From Candidatus Poribacteria bacterium (GTDB lineage Bacteria > Poribacteria > WGA-4E > WGA-3G), in contig OZ243938.1 of the NCBI GenBank assembly GCA_965214095.1, positions 992,001 through 1,056,000 on the forward strand: a stretch of DNA of 64,000 nucleotides, in the 5' to 3' direction. Made by a program: the position numbers and the translations under genes. The notes below the pieces were generated by a model. That model was not told the DNA's origin. It saw only the letters and a list, made by a program, of their open reading frames with translations, and made no database searches. Positions 1 to 8,904 of this stretch are shown in pieces. Within the stretch, counting starts at the first letter, position 1; each line of letters starts with the position of its first letter.

Positions 1-1
1 G

Positions 2-277
2 ATGAAACTTTCCACAGACAAAACTAAGCTCATATACAACGACTATTTCACCATAGACGGTATCCCACCCAAAGTCTTTGAATACCGTCTCGGCACGCGG
101 TCTGCGTTGGAGTGGGTGATTGACCAGTATCGTGTCAAGACGGACAAACGAAGTGGCATCGTCAACGATCCCAACCGTCCCGACGATGAACGTTATATCG
201 TTGAGCTGATCTTACGCGTCATCACTGTCAGCCTGTTGACGGTGGATATTGTTGGGAAGTTGCCGGATATTGTCTGA
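2..277 (+). CDS. C-terminal end of a type ISP restriction-modification enzyme (partial, runs in from the window edge)
   Basis: FEYRLGTRSALEWVIDQYRVKTDKRSGIVNDPN...YIVELILRVITVSL is the typical C-terminal specificity-domain tail of LlaBIII-like type ISP enzymes. Confidence 0.85.
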   Translation: MKLSTDKTKLIYNDYFTIDGIPPKVFEYRLGTRSALEWVIDQYRVKTDKRSGIVNDPNRPDDERYIVELILRVITVSLLTVDIVGKLPDIV

Positions 278-432
278 ACCAGGATTCACAGGATTGGTAG
301 ATTTCCAGGATAAGAGACAGAAATATCAAAGTGCCATTCAGAGAATAAACGTCACCCTTTGAATAGGAACGTTGGAGTTCCAAACGCACAATCCTGTTAA
401 TCTGTAAATCCTGTGAATCCTGGTTCAGACAA
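270..432. repeat. 163-bp MITE-like palindromic element, copy 1
   Basis: Ends TTGTCTGAACCAGGATT / AATCCTGGTTCAGACAA are inverted repeats with 9-mer AGGATT-type subrepeats. Same length and similar core at 46608 and 60247. A lone right arm lies at 481-506. Confidence 0.85.
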
Positions 433-506
433 TCTCGGAGAAGAGCGAGGTTGGGAAACCTCGCCTACCGTGTATAATCTAATCCTGCAAATCCTGGTTC
501 AGACAA

Positions 507-1511
507 TTATTCAGTATACGCACTCTTCAATTCCGCCCAACGCACTGATTGCTTGCCTATAGGTGAGATAGGGAGTTTGCCGCCATTCCAATGCGGATGA
601 TAACCTTCTGTCAAGAACGTTATCTCATCTGTGGCGAGATCATACTTGTATATCTTTATTTCAACAGGCCCGCGGTTATCTCTCTCATATTCATAGGCAC
701 TGAAAAGCACAGCCTGCTGTCCATCCATCCAAGCAAGAGATGATGGATACCAATTTTCAGGTATTTTGAGTGTCCGCGTGTTGCCGTCATCTATGTTCTG
801 AATGATAACGCGAAACGTTCCGTCAGCCCAAATACGAAGACCGAAACCGCCATCTTCCCTTTCAATTCTTTCTACATCAATATCCATTTCAGAATACAGC
901 ATTTGCTTACCATCCGGTGACCACCGCGGTAAGAAACGATGTATCTCACCTTTATCAGGGTCGGGGTGTGTCCATTGACGCATGTTCTCTCCATTTGCAT
1001 CCACAACCCAGAGGTTCTTCTCAATAATATCGTGGTCGTCATTGATAAAGACAATCTGCGTTCCATCCGGGGACCAATCGCCGTGGTATCCATGGTGGTT
1101 AGGGAGTATCGTTTCAGAATTGCGTGTATCAATATCCAAAATGTTAATACCTACGTAGGCAGTGATGTAGAGCAGTTTTTTTCCATTGGGAGAAATCCTT
1201 ATTTCCCATATACTTCCTTTATGGTCCACGAGTTGTTTAGCATTGGTGCCATCGGCATTCATGATATAAATATCAAGATTACCGGAGCCGTCATTTGGTG
1301 TAATGTCCCGTAAAAAAGCAATGTGCCTACCGTTGGGTGACCATACTGGTCTGAATTCAGAGTATGGATTGTCGTTGATTTGTGTGATGCTTCTACCGTT
1401 GTCATTCATCACATAGATTTTAGAGTCAGCACTGAATACGATTTTTGCGTTGGTTGTTGCTGCACATAGTAGTATGAGACTGATACATAACGTCGTTTGT
1501 AGTATTCGCAT
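507..1511 (-). CDS. Secreted TolB-like (PD40) beta-propeller protein
   Basis: Signal peptide; PVWSPNG, DWSPDG and PRWSPDG repeats; C-terminal ISPIGKQSVRWAELKS motif. Confidence 0.85.
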   Translation of the reverse strand: MRILQTTLCISLILLCAATTNAKIVFSADSKIYVMNDNGRSITQINDNPYSEFRPVWSPNGRHIAFLRDITPNDGSGNLDIYIMNADGTNAKQLVDHKGSIWEIRISPNGKKLLYITAYVGINILDIDTRNSETILPNHHGYHGDWSPDGTQIVFINDDHDIIEKNLWVVDANGENMRQWTHPDPDKGEIHRFLPRWSPDGKQMLYSEMDIDVERIEREDGGFGLRIWADGTFRVIIQNIDDGNTRTLKIPENWYPSSLAWMDGQQAVLFSAYEYERDNRGPVEIKIYKYDLATDEITFLTEGYHPHWNGGKLPISPIGKQSVRWAELKSAYTE

Positions 1512-1883
1512 GGATTTCTCCTTCAGTTATTCTACTGATTAAAGAGCAATTTATGTGCCAATTGCAGTCTGCTGAATTGCTGTCGTGCTGCACAATTATG
1601 TGCATCAGGATTGTTGTTGCACATATCTGTGCATGATTTGAATCGTGGGTTTTGGTTGTGAATCTCGGATTTTCACGGATTTCTGGGATGACGCGGAGAA
1701 TGTCCGAGGCGCGATGAATTGGACGACTACGAATGTGTATAATCGAGGTTGGAAATCGCTCCAACTAATAACGGACGGCACACGGAGTGTGCCTACTACT
1801 ATGTATTGCTTCTGCCATTGTAGGAGCGGTTATGGAAAATCCGAGTTGGACACCTCAACAAATTGGGATATTCTGCAATTTAT

Positions 1884-1912
1884 TTGACGTAATGAGTTAA
1901 ATGAAATATAAT
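1884..1912 (+). promoter_or_regulatory. Putative sigma70 promoter
   Basis: TTGACG-17 bp-TATAAT upstream of the 2019 CDS. Confidence 0.55.
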
Positions 1913-2018
1913 TAACATATATACAATATTACTTTATAAAAATATATGTATGTCCTAATATTATCATGTTGAACAAATTATATTGATCAAAAATAAAAAG
2001 TCGCAAGAGGAGACCTAA

Positions 2019-3323
2019 TTGAAAACCAAAAATAGATACCAGAAAATACTCACATTAACCCTGTTCACTGTCCTGTTGATTTTCATGACACATACCACAA
2101 GTTACGCTTTTATAGATGATATTATTGATATCTTTGAAGAAGCCATTGAGGAAGGTGAAGATATTATTGATGAGGCAGAAGAGTTTTTTGATGATGTCGC
2201 AGATGAATTTGAAGATGCGATTGATGCGGTTGACGACTTTTTTGACGATGTTAAGGAAGGGTCATTTAAAATAACCACCGAAATAGAAAACTTCGCACTT
2301 AAACTACGGTCGACCGTAGAATGGGAGGGAGAAAAACTCAGAAATATAGCGACCGCTTCAGTTAATCCGAATTTTATCGGTGTCAACCTAACCAACCGTG
2401 TCAACTTGTGGGATCCGATTAAGGAATCTGTTTATCTCACATTTCGTCATGATGCGGCGATCAATAGTGTCGCTATGAGTGCGGATGGTGTGCTGGTGGC
2501 TCTTGGCAGTGCAGACAAGAAACTTCAAATCTTTAATACGAGGACGCGTCGACGTATTACAAATTTTATCGCGCAAAAGGGTAGTATCAAGAGTCTTGCA
2601 TTTAGTCCGGATGCTTCAATCATCGCTACTGCGGGTGCAGATAAAGTTATCAGATTGTGGGATACAAAGACATTTAGGCTATTAGATGTGTTTTCTGCCC
2701 ATACAGAAACAATAGATAGCATTGCGTACAACCACGATGGCACGATTATCGCCTCTGCTGCAGTGAAGACTCTCCGTTTATGGCAAACCGAAACGGGTGA
2801 TGTCATCAAAAAGATCAAAGAACATAAGGATGATATTACACAGGTGATATTTAGTCCTGATGGCACGATGTTTGCCAGCGCAAGTTTAGACGGTACTGTC
2901 CGTCTTTATGACACAGCAACCCACACCCTTCATTCTGTGGTGAACTATAAGTCCGGTGTAAATGCAATCAACTTTAGTCCTGATGGGACTATGTTAGCAA
3001 CTGCCACCAATGATGGTGTTGCGCGTTTGTGGGACATTGCCAACGAGAATGTTATTGCATCATTCGGTCATGAGTCGCCTGTTCAGACGGCTGTTTTTGC
3101 TCTTGATGGAAGTTTGCTTGTCACGGGTAGTATTGACAATACGATGCGTGTGTGGGAACTCATTGCCAATGTCGCAGATGTTAATCGTGACGGAACTGTT
3201 GACATCACTGATTTGGTGATTGTAGCATCCAATTTTGGAAAAAAGGGTGAGTCTATCGCTGATGTGAACTTTGATGATGTGGTAAATATCTTAGATCTTG
3301 TGATTGTGGCAAATGCATTTTAG
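2019..3323 (+). CDS. Secreted WD40-repeat protein with acidic N-terminal helix and C-terminal dockerin-like domain
   Basis: Signal peptide; WD40 repeats (FSPDG...LWD); ADVNRDGTVDITDLV and ADVNFDDVVNILDLV form a dockerin-type EF-hand pair; GAGGAG RBS before the TTG start. Confidence 0.85.
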   Translation: MKTKNRYQKILTLTLFTVLLIFMTHTTSYAFIDDIIDIFEEAIEEGEDIIDEAEEFFDDVADEFEDAIDAVDDFFDDVKEGSFKITTEIENFALKLRSTVEWEGEKLRNIATASVNPNFIGVNLTNRVNLWDPIKESVYLTFRHDAAINSVAMSADGVLVALGSADKKLQIFNTRTRRRITNFIAQKGSIKSLAFSPDASIIATAGADKVIRLWDTKTFRLLDVFSAHTETIDSIAYNHDGTIIASAAVKTLRLWQTETGDVIKKIKEHKDDITQVIFSPDGTMFASASLDGTVRLYDTATHTLHSVVNYKSGVNAINFSPDGTMLATATNDGVARLWDIANENVIASFGHESPVQTAVFALDGSLLVTGSIDNTMRVWELIANVADVNRDGTVDITDLVIVASNFGKKGESIADVNFDDVVNILDLVIVANAF

Positions 3324-3864
3324 TTGATCCCCTGAATCTCGGATGACGCGGATGGCACGGAGAATGTGAGAGGCATCCGATAGAAACAACCAATTAGAAA
3401 TGGTATGATAAAATCCTGTTTTTTTTATATAAATATGATATAATAGGTCAACTATATTATGGTATTTATGGTAGTATATAGAATTATTCTAAATATTTTG
3501 TATTTTACGAGGCTGGGAAACCTCGCCTACCATAGGAAGAATGTGTTGGGTTTCGTTCCTCAACCTGACATAGTATAAATCGACGAGAATAGGAGGTTTC
3601 GCCTACCGAAGGAGGAAAGTGATTAGTCATTTGTATTTTTCACGTTAAATATCCCTGTTAAAATGATATATATATATGAAGATTAAGAAATAAATCAGGT
3701 AATTTTCTTGAGAAGTCCGGAGCGGTTAGGAAACCGCTCCTACTGGGTTTGGGTAAATGCGAATTACCCGTTTAATAAATTAATCTTCATTAATATATCA
3801 AAACAACAATAAAATAGATAGGTAGGGTTAACATATTATTAACCCGCTTGGATAGGAGGTATCC

Positions 3865-4902
3865 ATGCGTAAATTAAACACACTACGAACACTATTACTT
3901 ATAGTGTCAACAATAGTTGTCCTGTGTGCTTATGCACAGGCAGAACCGCGAAAAGTCATTGAAGTACCACGATGGTCAGCATATGACATCGCTATACACC
4001 CGGATGGTAAAGTGATTGCAAGTGCTTCAATAGCGGACGTTATCCACTTGATGGATATTGAATCTGGCGCAGAGATTAGAACGCTTATAGGTCATAATGA
4101 AGGCGTTGAATCCGTTAGATATAGTCCCAAAGGCGATATCCTTGTCAGTGGCGATCAAGGTGGCTTTAACATTGTCTGGAATACCAAGACAAATGAACAA
4201 ATTAAAAAGCTGGAAAGACATAGGTGGGTCATTAAGGATATCGTATTCTCACCGAATGGAAAAATCCTCGCCACAGGAGACTGGGGTTGGGATAATACAC
4301 TCCGTCTTTGGAATACGGAAACATGGGAACTTCTGTATGGGAAGGTAGCTGGGAAAGTCGATGATATCTCCTTTAGTTTTGACGGATCGATCATTGCCGC
4401 CGGTGTTTTGGAGTCAGGGTTCGTGTATATCTGGGAAACGGAAACCGGAGAGTTGCTCCATACACTTGATACCAGTATGGAACATGTGCTTGCCGTGACT
4501 TTCATTGGCACAGAACGGGAGCTGGTCTGTGGCGGTTCAGTCGGCTTACAGTTATGGGACGGTGAGACCGGTGAAAAGATCAGGGATTTCCCAAAAGATG
4601 GTATTAATAAAGAAGTTCGAGCTGTTGATATCAATCCAGATCGGCGGCTACTCGCTGTCGGTAGGGCAGATACGGATGTGCAACTCTGGGACATGAAATC
4701 TATGGAACTCATTGAGACACTTGAGTTTCATTTTGGTAGGTCGCATACCGTTGACTTCTCATCAGATGGGTCAACGCTTGCGACTGCTGCAAATGAAACA
4801 CGCATAGGTGTTTGGGATGTGGAACCTTTTAGCGAGCCCGTTTTGAGTGTCAATCCAAAAGATAAGGTTTCTGTTCTGTGGGGTGCCATCAAGAGTAGAT
4901 AG
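3865..4902 (+). CDS. Secreted WD40-repeat protein, tandem copy 1
   Basis: Signal peptide; GH...WN/WD repeats; ends VNPKDKVSVLWGAIKSR; AGGAGG RBS. Confidence 0.9.
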   Translation: MRKLNTLRTLLLIVSTIVVLCAYAQAEPRKVIEVPRWSAYDIAIHPDGKVIASASIADVIHLMDIESGAEIRTLIGHNEGVESVRYSPKGDILVSGDQGGFNIVWNTKTNEQIKKLERHRWVIKDIVFSPNGKILATGDWGWDNTLRLWNTETWELLYGKVAGKVDDISFSFDGSIIAAGVLESGFVYIWETETGELLHTLDTSMEHVLAVTFIGTERELVCGGSVGLQLWDGETGEKIRDFPKDGINKEVRAVDINPDRRLLAVGRADTDVQLWDMKSMELIETLEFHFGRSHTVDFSSDGSTLATAANETRIGVWDVEPFSEPVLSVNPKDKVSVLWGAIKSR

Positions 4903-5166
4903 AACTGTGTTTGTAGATGCGTTTTATCCTTGTTGGAGCGGTTTTCAACCACGATGGTTCAGAGATAACGGCACACGGCGTGTGCCTACTACTATGCACA
5001 TCGCGCTTTCTAAGCGCGCTCCTTGTTGGAGTGGTTTCCAACCACGATTGTCAGAACCAGGATTTTCAAGAGAAGTCCTCGCTAAAATGACATTTATAAT
5101 AAATCAGAACAATAATAAAATAGACAGGGTCAATATATTATTAACCCGCTTGGATAGGAGGTATCC

Positions 5167-6201
5167 ATGCGTAAATTAAACACACTACTAACACTATTAC
5201 TTATAGTGTTCACAATAGTCGTCCTGTGCACTTATGCACAGGCAGCACCACGAAAAGTCATTGTAGTGCCATTTTGGTCAGGATATGACATCAGTATTCA
5301 CCCGGATGGTAAAGTGATTTCAAGTGCTTCATTACAGAAGATTATCCACTTGATAGATATTGAGACTGGCGAAGAGATTAAAGTGCTTGAAGGCCATACT
5401 GAAGGCGTTGCATCCATTGGATATGGTCCCAATGGCGATATCCTTGTCAGTGGTGATCAAGCCGGCTTTAACATTATTTGGAATACCGAGACAAATGAAC
5501 AAGTTAATAATCTTGCAAAACATACGTGGGTCATTAAAGATATTGTATTCTCACCGAATGGGAAAATCCTCGCTACAGGAGACTGGGGTTGGGATAATAC
5601 ACTCCGTCTCTGGAATACGGAAACCTGGGAACTTCTGTATGGGAAGGTAGCTGGGAAAGTCGATGATATCTCCTTTAGTTTTGATGGCTCGGCCATAGCC
5701 GCTGGTGTTTTGGATACGGGGTTAGTGAATATCTGGGAAACGGAAACCGGCGATTTGCTCCATACACTTGATACCGGTATGGAACATGTGCTTGCTGTGA
5801 CTTTCATTGGCACAGAACGGAAGTTGGTCTGTGGCGGTTCGGTTGGCTTACAGTTATGGGACGGTGAGACCGGTGAAAAGATCAGCGATTTTCCAGAAGA
5901 AGGCATTACGGAAGTCCGGTCTGCTGATATCAATCCGGATCGGCGGCTACTCGCTGTCGGTAGGGCAGATGGAATGGTTCAACTCTGGGATATGAAATCT
6001 GTGACACTCATTGAGACGCTTGAGTTACATTTTGGCAGGTCGCATACTGTTACTTTCTCGAGAGATGGGTTAACACTTGCGACTGCTGCAAATGAGGTAC
6101 GCATAGGTGTTTGGGATGTGGAACCTTTTAGCGAGCCTGTTTTGAGTGTCAATCCAAAAGGTAAAGTTTCTGTCCTGTGGGGTGCCATCAAGAGTAGATA
6201 G
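5167..6201 (+). CDS. Secreted WD40-repeat protein, tandem copy 2
   Basis: Close paralog of 3865-4902; ends VNPKGKVSVLWGAIKSR. Confidence 0.9.
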   Translation: MRKLNTLLTLLLIVFTIVVLCTYAQAAPRKVIVVPFWSGYDISIHPDGKVISSASLQKIIHLIDIETGEEIKVLEGHTEGVASIGYGPNGDILVSGDQAGFNIIWNTETNEQVNNLAKHTWVIKDIVFSPNGKILATGDWGWDNTLRLWNTETWELLYGKVAGKVDDISFSFDGSAIAAGVLDTGLVNIWETETGDLLHTLDTGMEHVLAVTFIGTERKLVCGGSVGLQLWDGETGEKISDFPEEGITEVRSADINPDRRLLAVGRADGMVQLWDMKSVTLIETLELHFGRSHTVTFSRDGLTLATAANEVRIGVWDVEPFSEPVLSVNPKGKVSVLWGAIKSR

Positions 6202-6320
6202 CACAGCGTTTGCCTATTTCAGCATCTCGAATTTTCACGGATGACGCGGATATACATGGTAGTAGGCACACGCCGTGTGCCGTTCTTACATTCTCCGAGC
6301 CATCCGCGTAAATCCGAGAT

Positions 6321-6540
6321 CAAGGTTATTTATTTTCTGTTTTTCTTGTATTTTCTTTCACATACGCTAAATCCCCTAAGCCGGTAGGTTCGGTTTCCTA
6401 ACCGAACCGAATTTTCGCTAAAACCTTTCATAGTCAGTTTCCTTTTAGAATCCGTGCGGTTGGGAAACCGCACCTACCGTCTTGGGATTAACTTTCAGTG
6501 AATCCCTATTTTGGAAAATACTTAAAACTAAATAACCCTG
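6321..6540. mobile_element. MITE-like shell (family A) containing a REPIN
   Basis: CAAGGTTATTTATTTT ... AAAACTAAATAACCCTG ends; internal inverted GTAG-REP pair at 6382-6479. Confidence 0.6.
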
Positions 6541-6550
6541 ATTATTGCCA

Positions 6551-6878
6551 CAGGGTTATTTATAGTAAAACTTACAATTAATGAAACATATTGTCCCAAT
6601 TGCATATTCATAGAATGTAAGAGGCGCAATGAATTGCGCGACTACGAAAGAGTTTTTCTAAATGTAAAATGCATCGTTAATTTCAGATTTTACTATAGTT
6701 TTCGGTTTTTCTGCTATATTTTTCACATTTCAATATAACAACCTGTAGGTCGGGTAGAGCGTTAGCGAAACCCGACAAGCATTTAACGTGTCGGGTTTCG
6801 CTAACGCTCTACCCGACCTACGATATAAACTCTTAGTAACATTCATCAATTGAAAATACTTAAAACTAAATCTCCCTG
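6551..6878. mobile_element. MITE-like shell (family A) with a nested TA-flanked MITE (6563-6695) and a REPIN (6745-6821)
   Basis: CAGGGTTATTTA[insert]GTTTT ... AAAACTAAATCTCCCTG; flanked by a near-identical 10-bp direct repeat ATTATTGCCA/ATTATTGCTA. Confidence 0.7.
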
Positions 6879-6932
6879 ATTATTGCTAAGTTACTCTTGA
6901 CAATAATCAAATTCTGTGGTAAAAATATGTGT

Positions 6933-7946
6933 ATGAAAAACACATCAATCAAAACAATATACAGTTTATTTATAATAGTTCTATTACTTGCATGCCAAGG
7001 TTGTGCAATGAATTTCAACGCGAGTGATTCTGCCCTTGGCATATTAGAAAAATCTGGTGAACTCACTGAAAATGAAGTATGGGAAGGCCGTGTTTATGTA
7101 ACTGGGACGGTCATCGTACCAGAAGGTATAACATTAACCATACGTTCAGGTACTATCGTCGGTTTTGAACCAATAGATGAACGTCCAGCAATCATTGTGT
7201 TTGGTGAACTCTATGCAGAAGGTGTTCCCGACAGAATGATAGTGTTCGGTTCATTAGGCAAACAGCAAGAAATAAAGACACCTAAACCTGGATTGGAAAA
7301 CAGAACGTCAGTTCAGCCTGTGCAACCTGCAAACAATGCTGCTCCACCGAAAGCAGGAGATTGGCAAGGAATTAGGATTGAAACACAGAGTTCCAACAGC
7401 AGATTCACCTATTGTCGTATACAACATGCAGCCAACGGAATTGCATGTTTCACGGATTCAGTCCAAATTGAAAGGTGTCTCTTTAGCGAGAACAACATCG
7501 GTGTGCTGTGCGAAAATACTAATCCAACTATATCTGCAAATGAGTTCAACAGGAATGGAAGCGGTGCACAATTTCGAGGGGCAGCGGCTCCAGAAGTAGA
7601 ATACAACGCATTCACTGCAAACAGATTTGGAATTGTGTGTGAAGACGATTCACGTCCACGTATCCAACATAACAACATCCAATCAAACTATGAATACGCC
7701 ATCATTTGCTATTCTACTTCATCACCCGAAATCGTATCTAACAATATCACTTTAAACAATGGTTGGGCAGTTTACGATGGTGGGAGATTAAGAGATAATT
7801 ATATCAATGGAAATAAGCAGGTGGGCCCGAATGTGACTGAGTTGAGTATTGCCACGCAGAGTGACCAGTTTTATGGCGTTGATGAAGTGTTTGATCCGAG
7901 AGATACACCCGTTTCAGAAGCTGGCGTACCAAGTGATAGGTATTAA
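6933..7946 (+). CDS. Right-handed parallel beta-helix (NosD-like) putative lipoprotein
   Basis: Hydrophobic leader with Cys; GITLTI.SG and GDWQGI motifs; repeated PTISANEF / PRIQHNNI / PEIVSNNI units. Confidence 0.8.
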   Translation: MKNTSIKTIYSLFIIVLLLACQGCAMNFNASDSALGILEKSGELTENEVWEGRVYVTGTVIVPEGITLTIRSGTIVGFEPIDERPAIIVFGELYAEGVPDRMIVFGSLGKQQEIKTPKPGLENRTSVQPVQPANNAAPPKAGDWQGIRIETQSSNSRFTYCRIQHAANGIACFTDSVQIERCLFSENNIGVLCENTNPTISANEFNRNGSGAQFRGAAAPEVEYNAFTANRFGIVCEDDSRPRIQHNNIQSNYEYAIICYSTSSPEIVSNNITLNNGWAVYDGGRLRDNYINGNKQVGPNVTELSIATQSDQFYGVDEVFDPRDTPVSEAGVPSDRY

Positions 7947-7950
7947 TCAA

Positions 7951-8877
7951 ATGAGCCGAGTCAAAGCCTATCTTGAACTCATCCGTTATCCACTATTCGG
8001 CATTCCTATAGTTGCCACACTTCCCGGTGCGCTCATTGCAAGTGAAGGACAATGGACATGGCGTGTTGCTGCTGCGTTAGTGATTGCGTCATTCGGGTAC
8101 TTCGCTGGAATGATAAAGAACGATTATTTCCACCGTGAAACAGACGCAGTAACCAATCCAGACCGTCCGCTACCTTCACACCGCCTAACGCCAAAACAAG
8201 CACTCGTGCCTGCAAGTATTATTTATTCGTTATGTGTCATCTGTGGGTTTTTGCTTGAGGTAAAAGCAGGACTCTTAGTGATGGGATTAGTCGCAATTTC
8301 GCACCTCTATAATGCCTTTTTCAAAGCAAAAGGTATCTTAGGAAGCATTACCTTACCTTTAGGTATTGGATTGCTGAACGTTTTCGGTGCGTTAGTTGTG
8401 AGTGGAAGTGTGCCGCGTTTAGTGTGGTATGCATTTGCTGCAACAACACTTTACGATATTGGCACACATATTGCGACCACGTTTAAGGATGTAACGCGCG
8501 ATAAACAACATGACATCATAACAACACCTATGCAGCTCGGCATACGTCCTGCGCTGTTTTTGTCAGCAGCAGCTACGATATTAGGATTTGTTGTTGCACT
8601 TCTACCGTATTGGTTAGAGGATTCACTTTCATATAAGACCTATGTTGTATGGGTCATTTTAGGGTTGCTTGCTGCTGTCATAACACGAATTCCACTCTAT
8701 ATGCAACCGACAGAGAAAAACGGGTACTTCGCATTGAAGGGTTCAATGATAGGTTCAATACTATTTTTTCCATGTTTAATCGGTGCACAGGTGTCGATTG
8801 TAATTTCTATGGCTATAATTTTGCCCTTGCTATTTGCAACTGTGCTCCTGTTAAGAATAACTCGCCAAGAGGTATGA
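7951..8877 (+). CDS. UbiA prenyltransferase family membrane protein
   Basis: YLELIR start, NDYFHRETD..NPDRPLPS and KDVTRD motifs, multiple TM segments. ATG 7951 is preferred over the upstream ORF start. Confidence 0.85.
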   Translation: MSRVKAYLELIRYPLFGIPIVATLPGALIASEGQWTWRVAAALVIASFGYFAGMIKNDYFHRETDAVTNPDRPLPSHRLTPKQALVPASIIYSLCVICGFLLEVKAGLLVMGLVAISHLYNAFFKAKGILGSITLPLGIGLLNVFGALVVSGSVPRLVWYAFAATTLYDIGTHIATTFKDVTRDKQHDIITTPMQLGIRPALFLSAAATILGFVVALLPYWLEDSLSYKTYVVWVILGLLAAVITRIPLYMQPTEKNGYFALKGSMIGSILFFPCLIGAQVSIVISMAIILPLLFATVLLLRITRQEV

Positions 8878-8904
8878 AATAGACTATGAAATAAAAGGAG
8901 ATAT

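Noticed and set aside
3865-6201. Diversity-generating retroelement TR/VR pair
   Set aside because: Both copies are full-length genes, differences are not adenine-specific, and no reverse transcriptase is present
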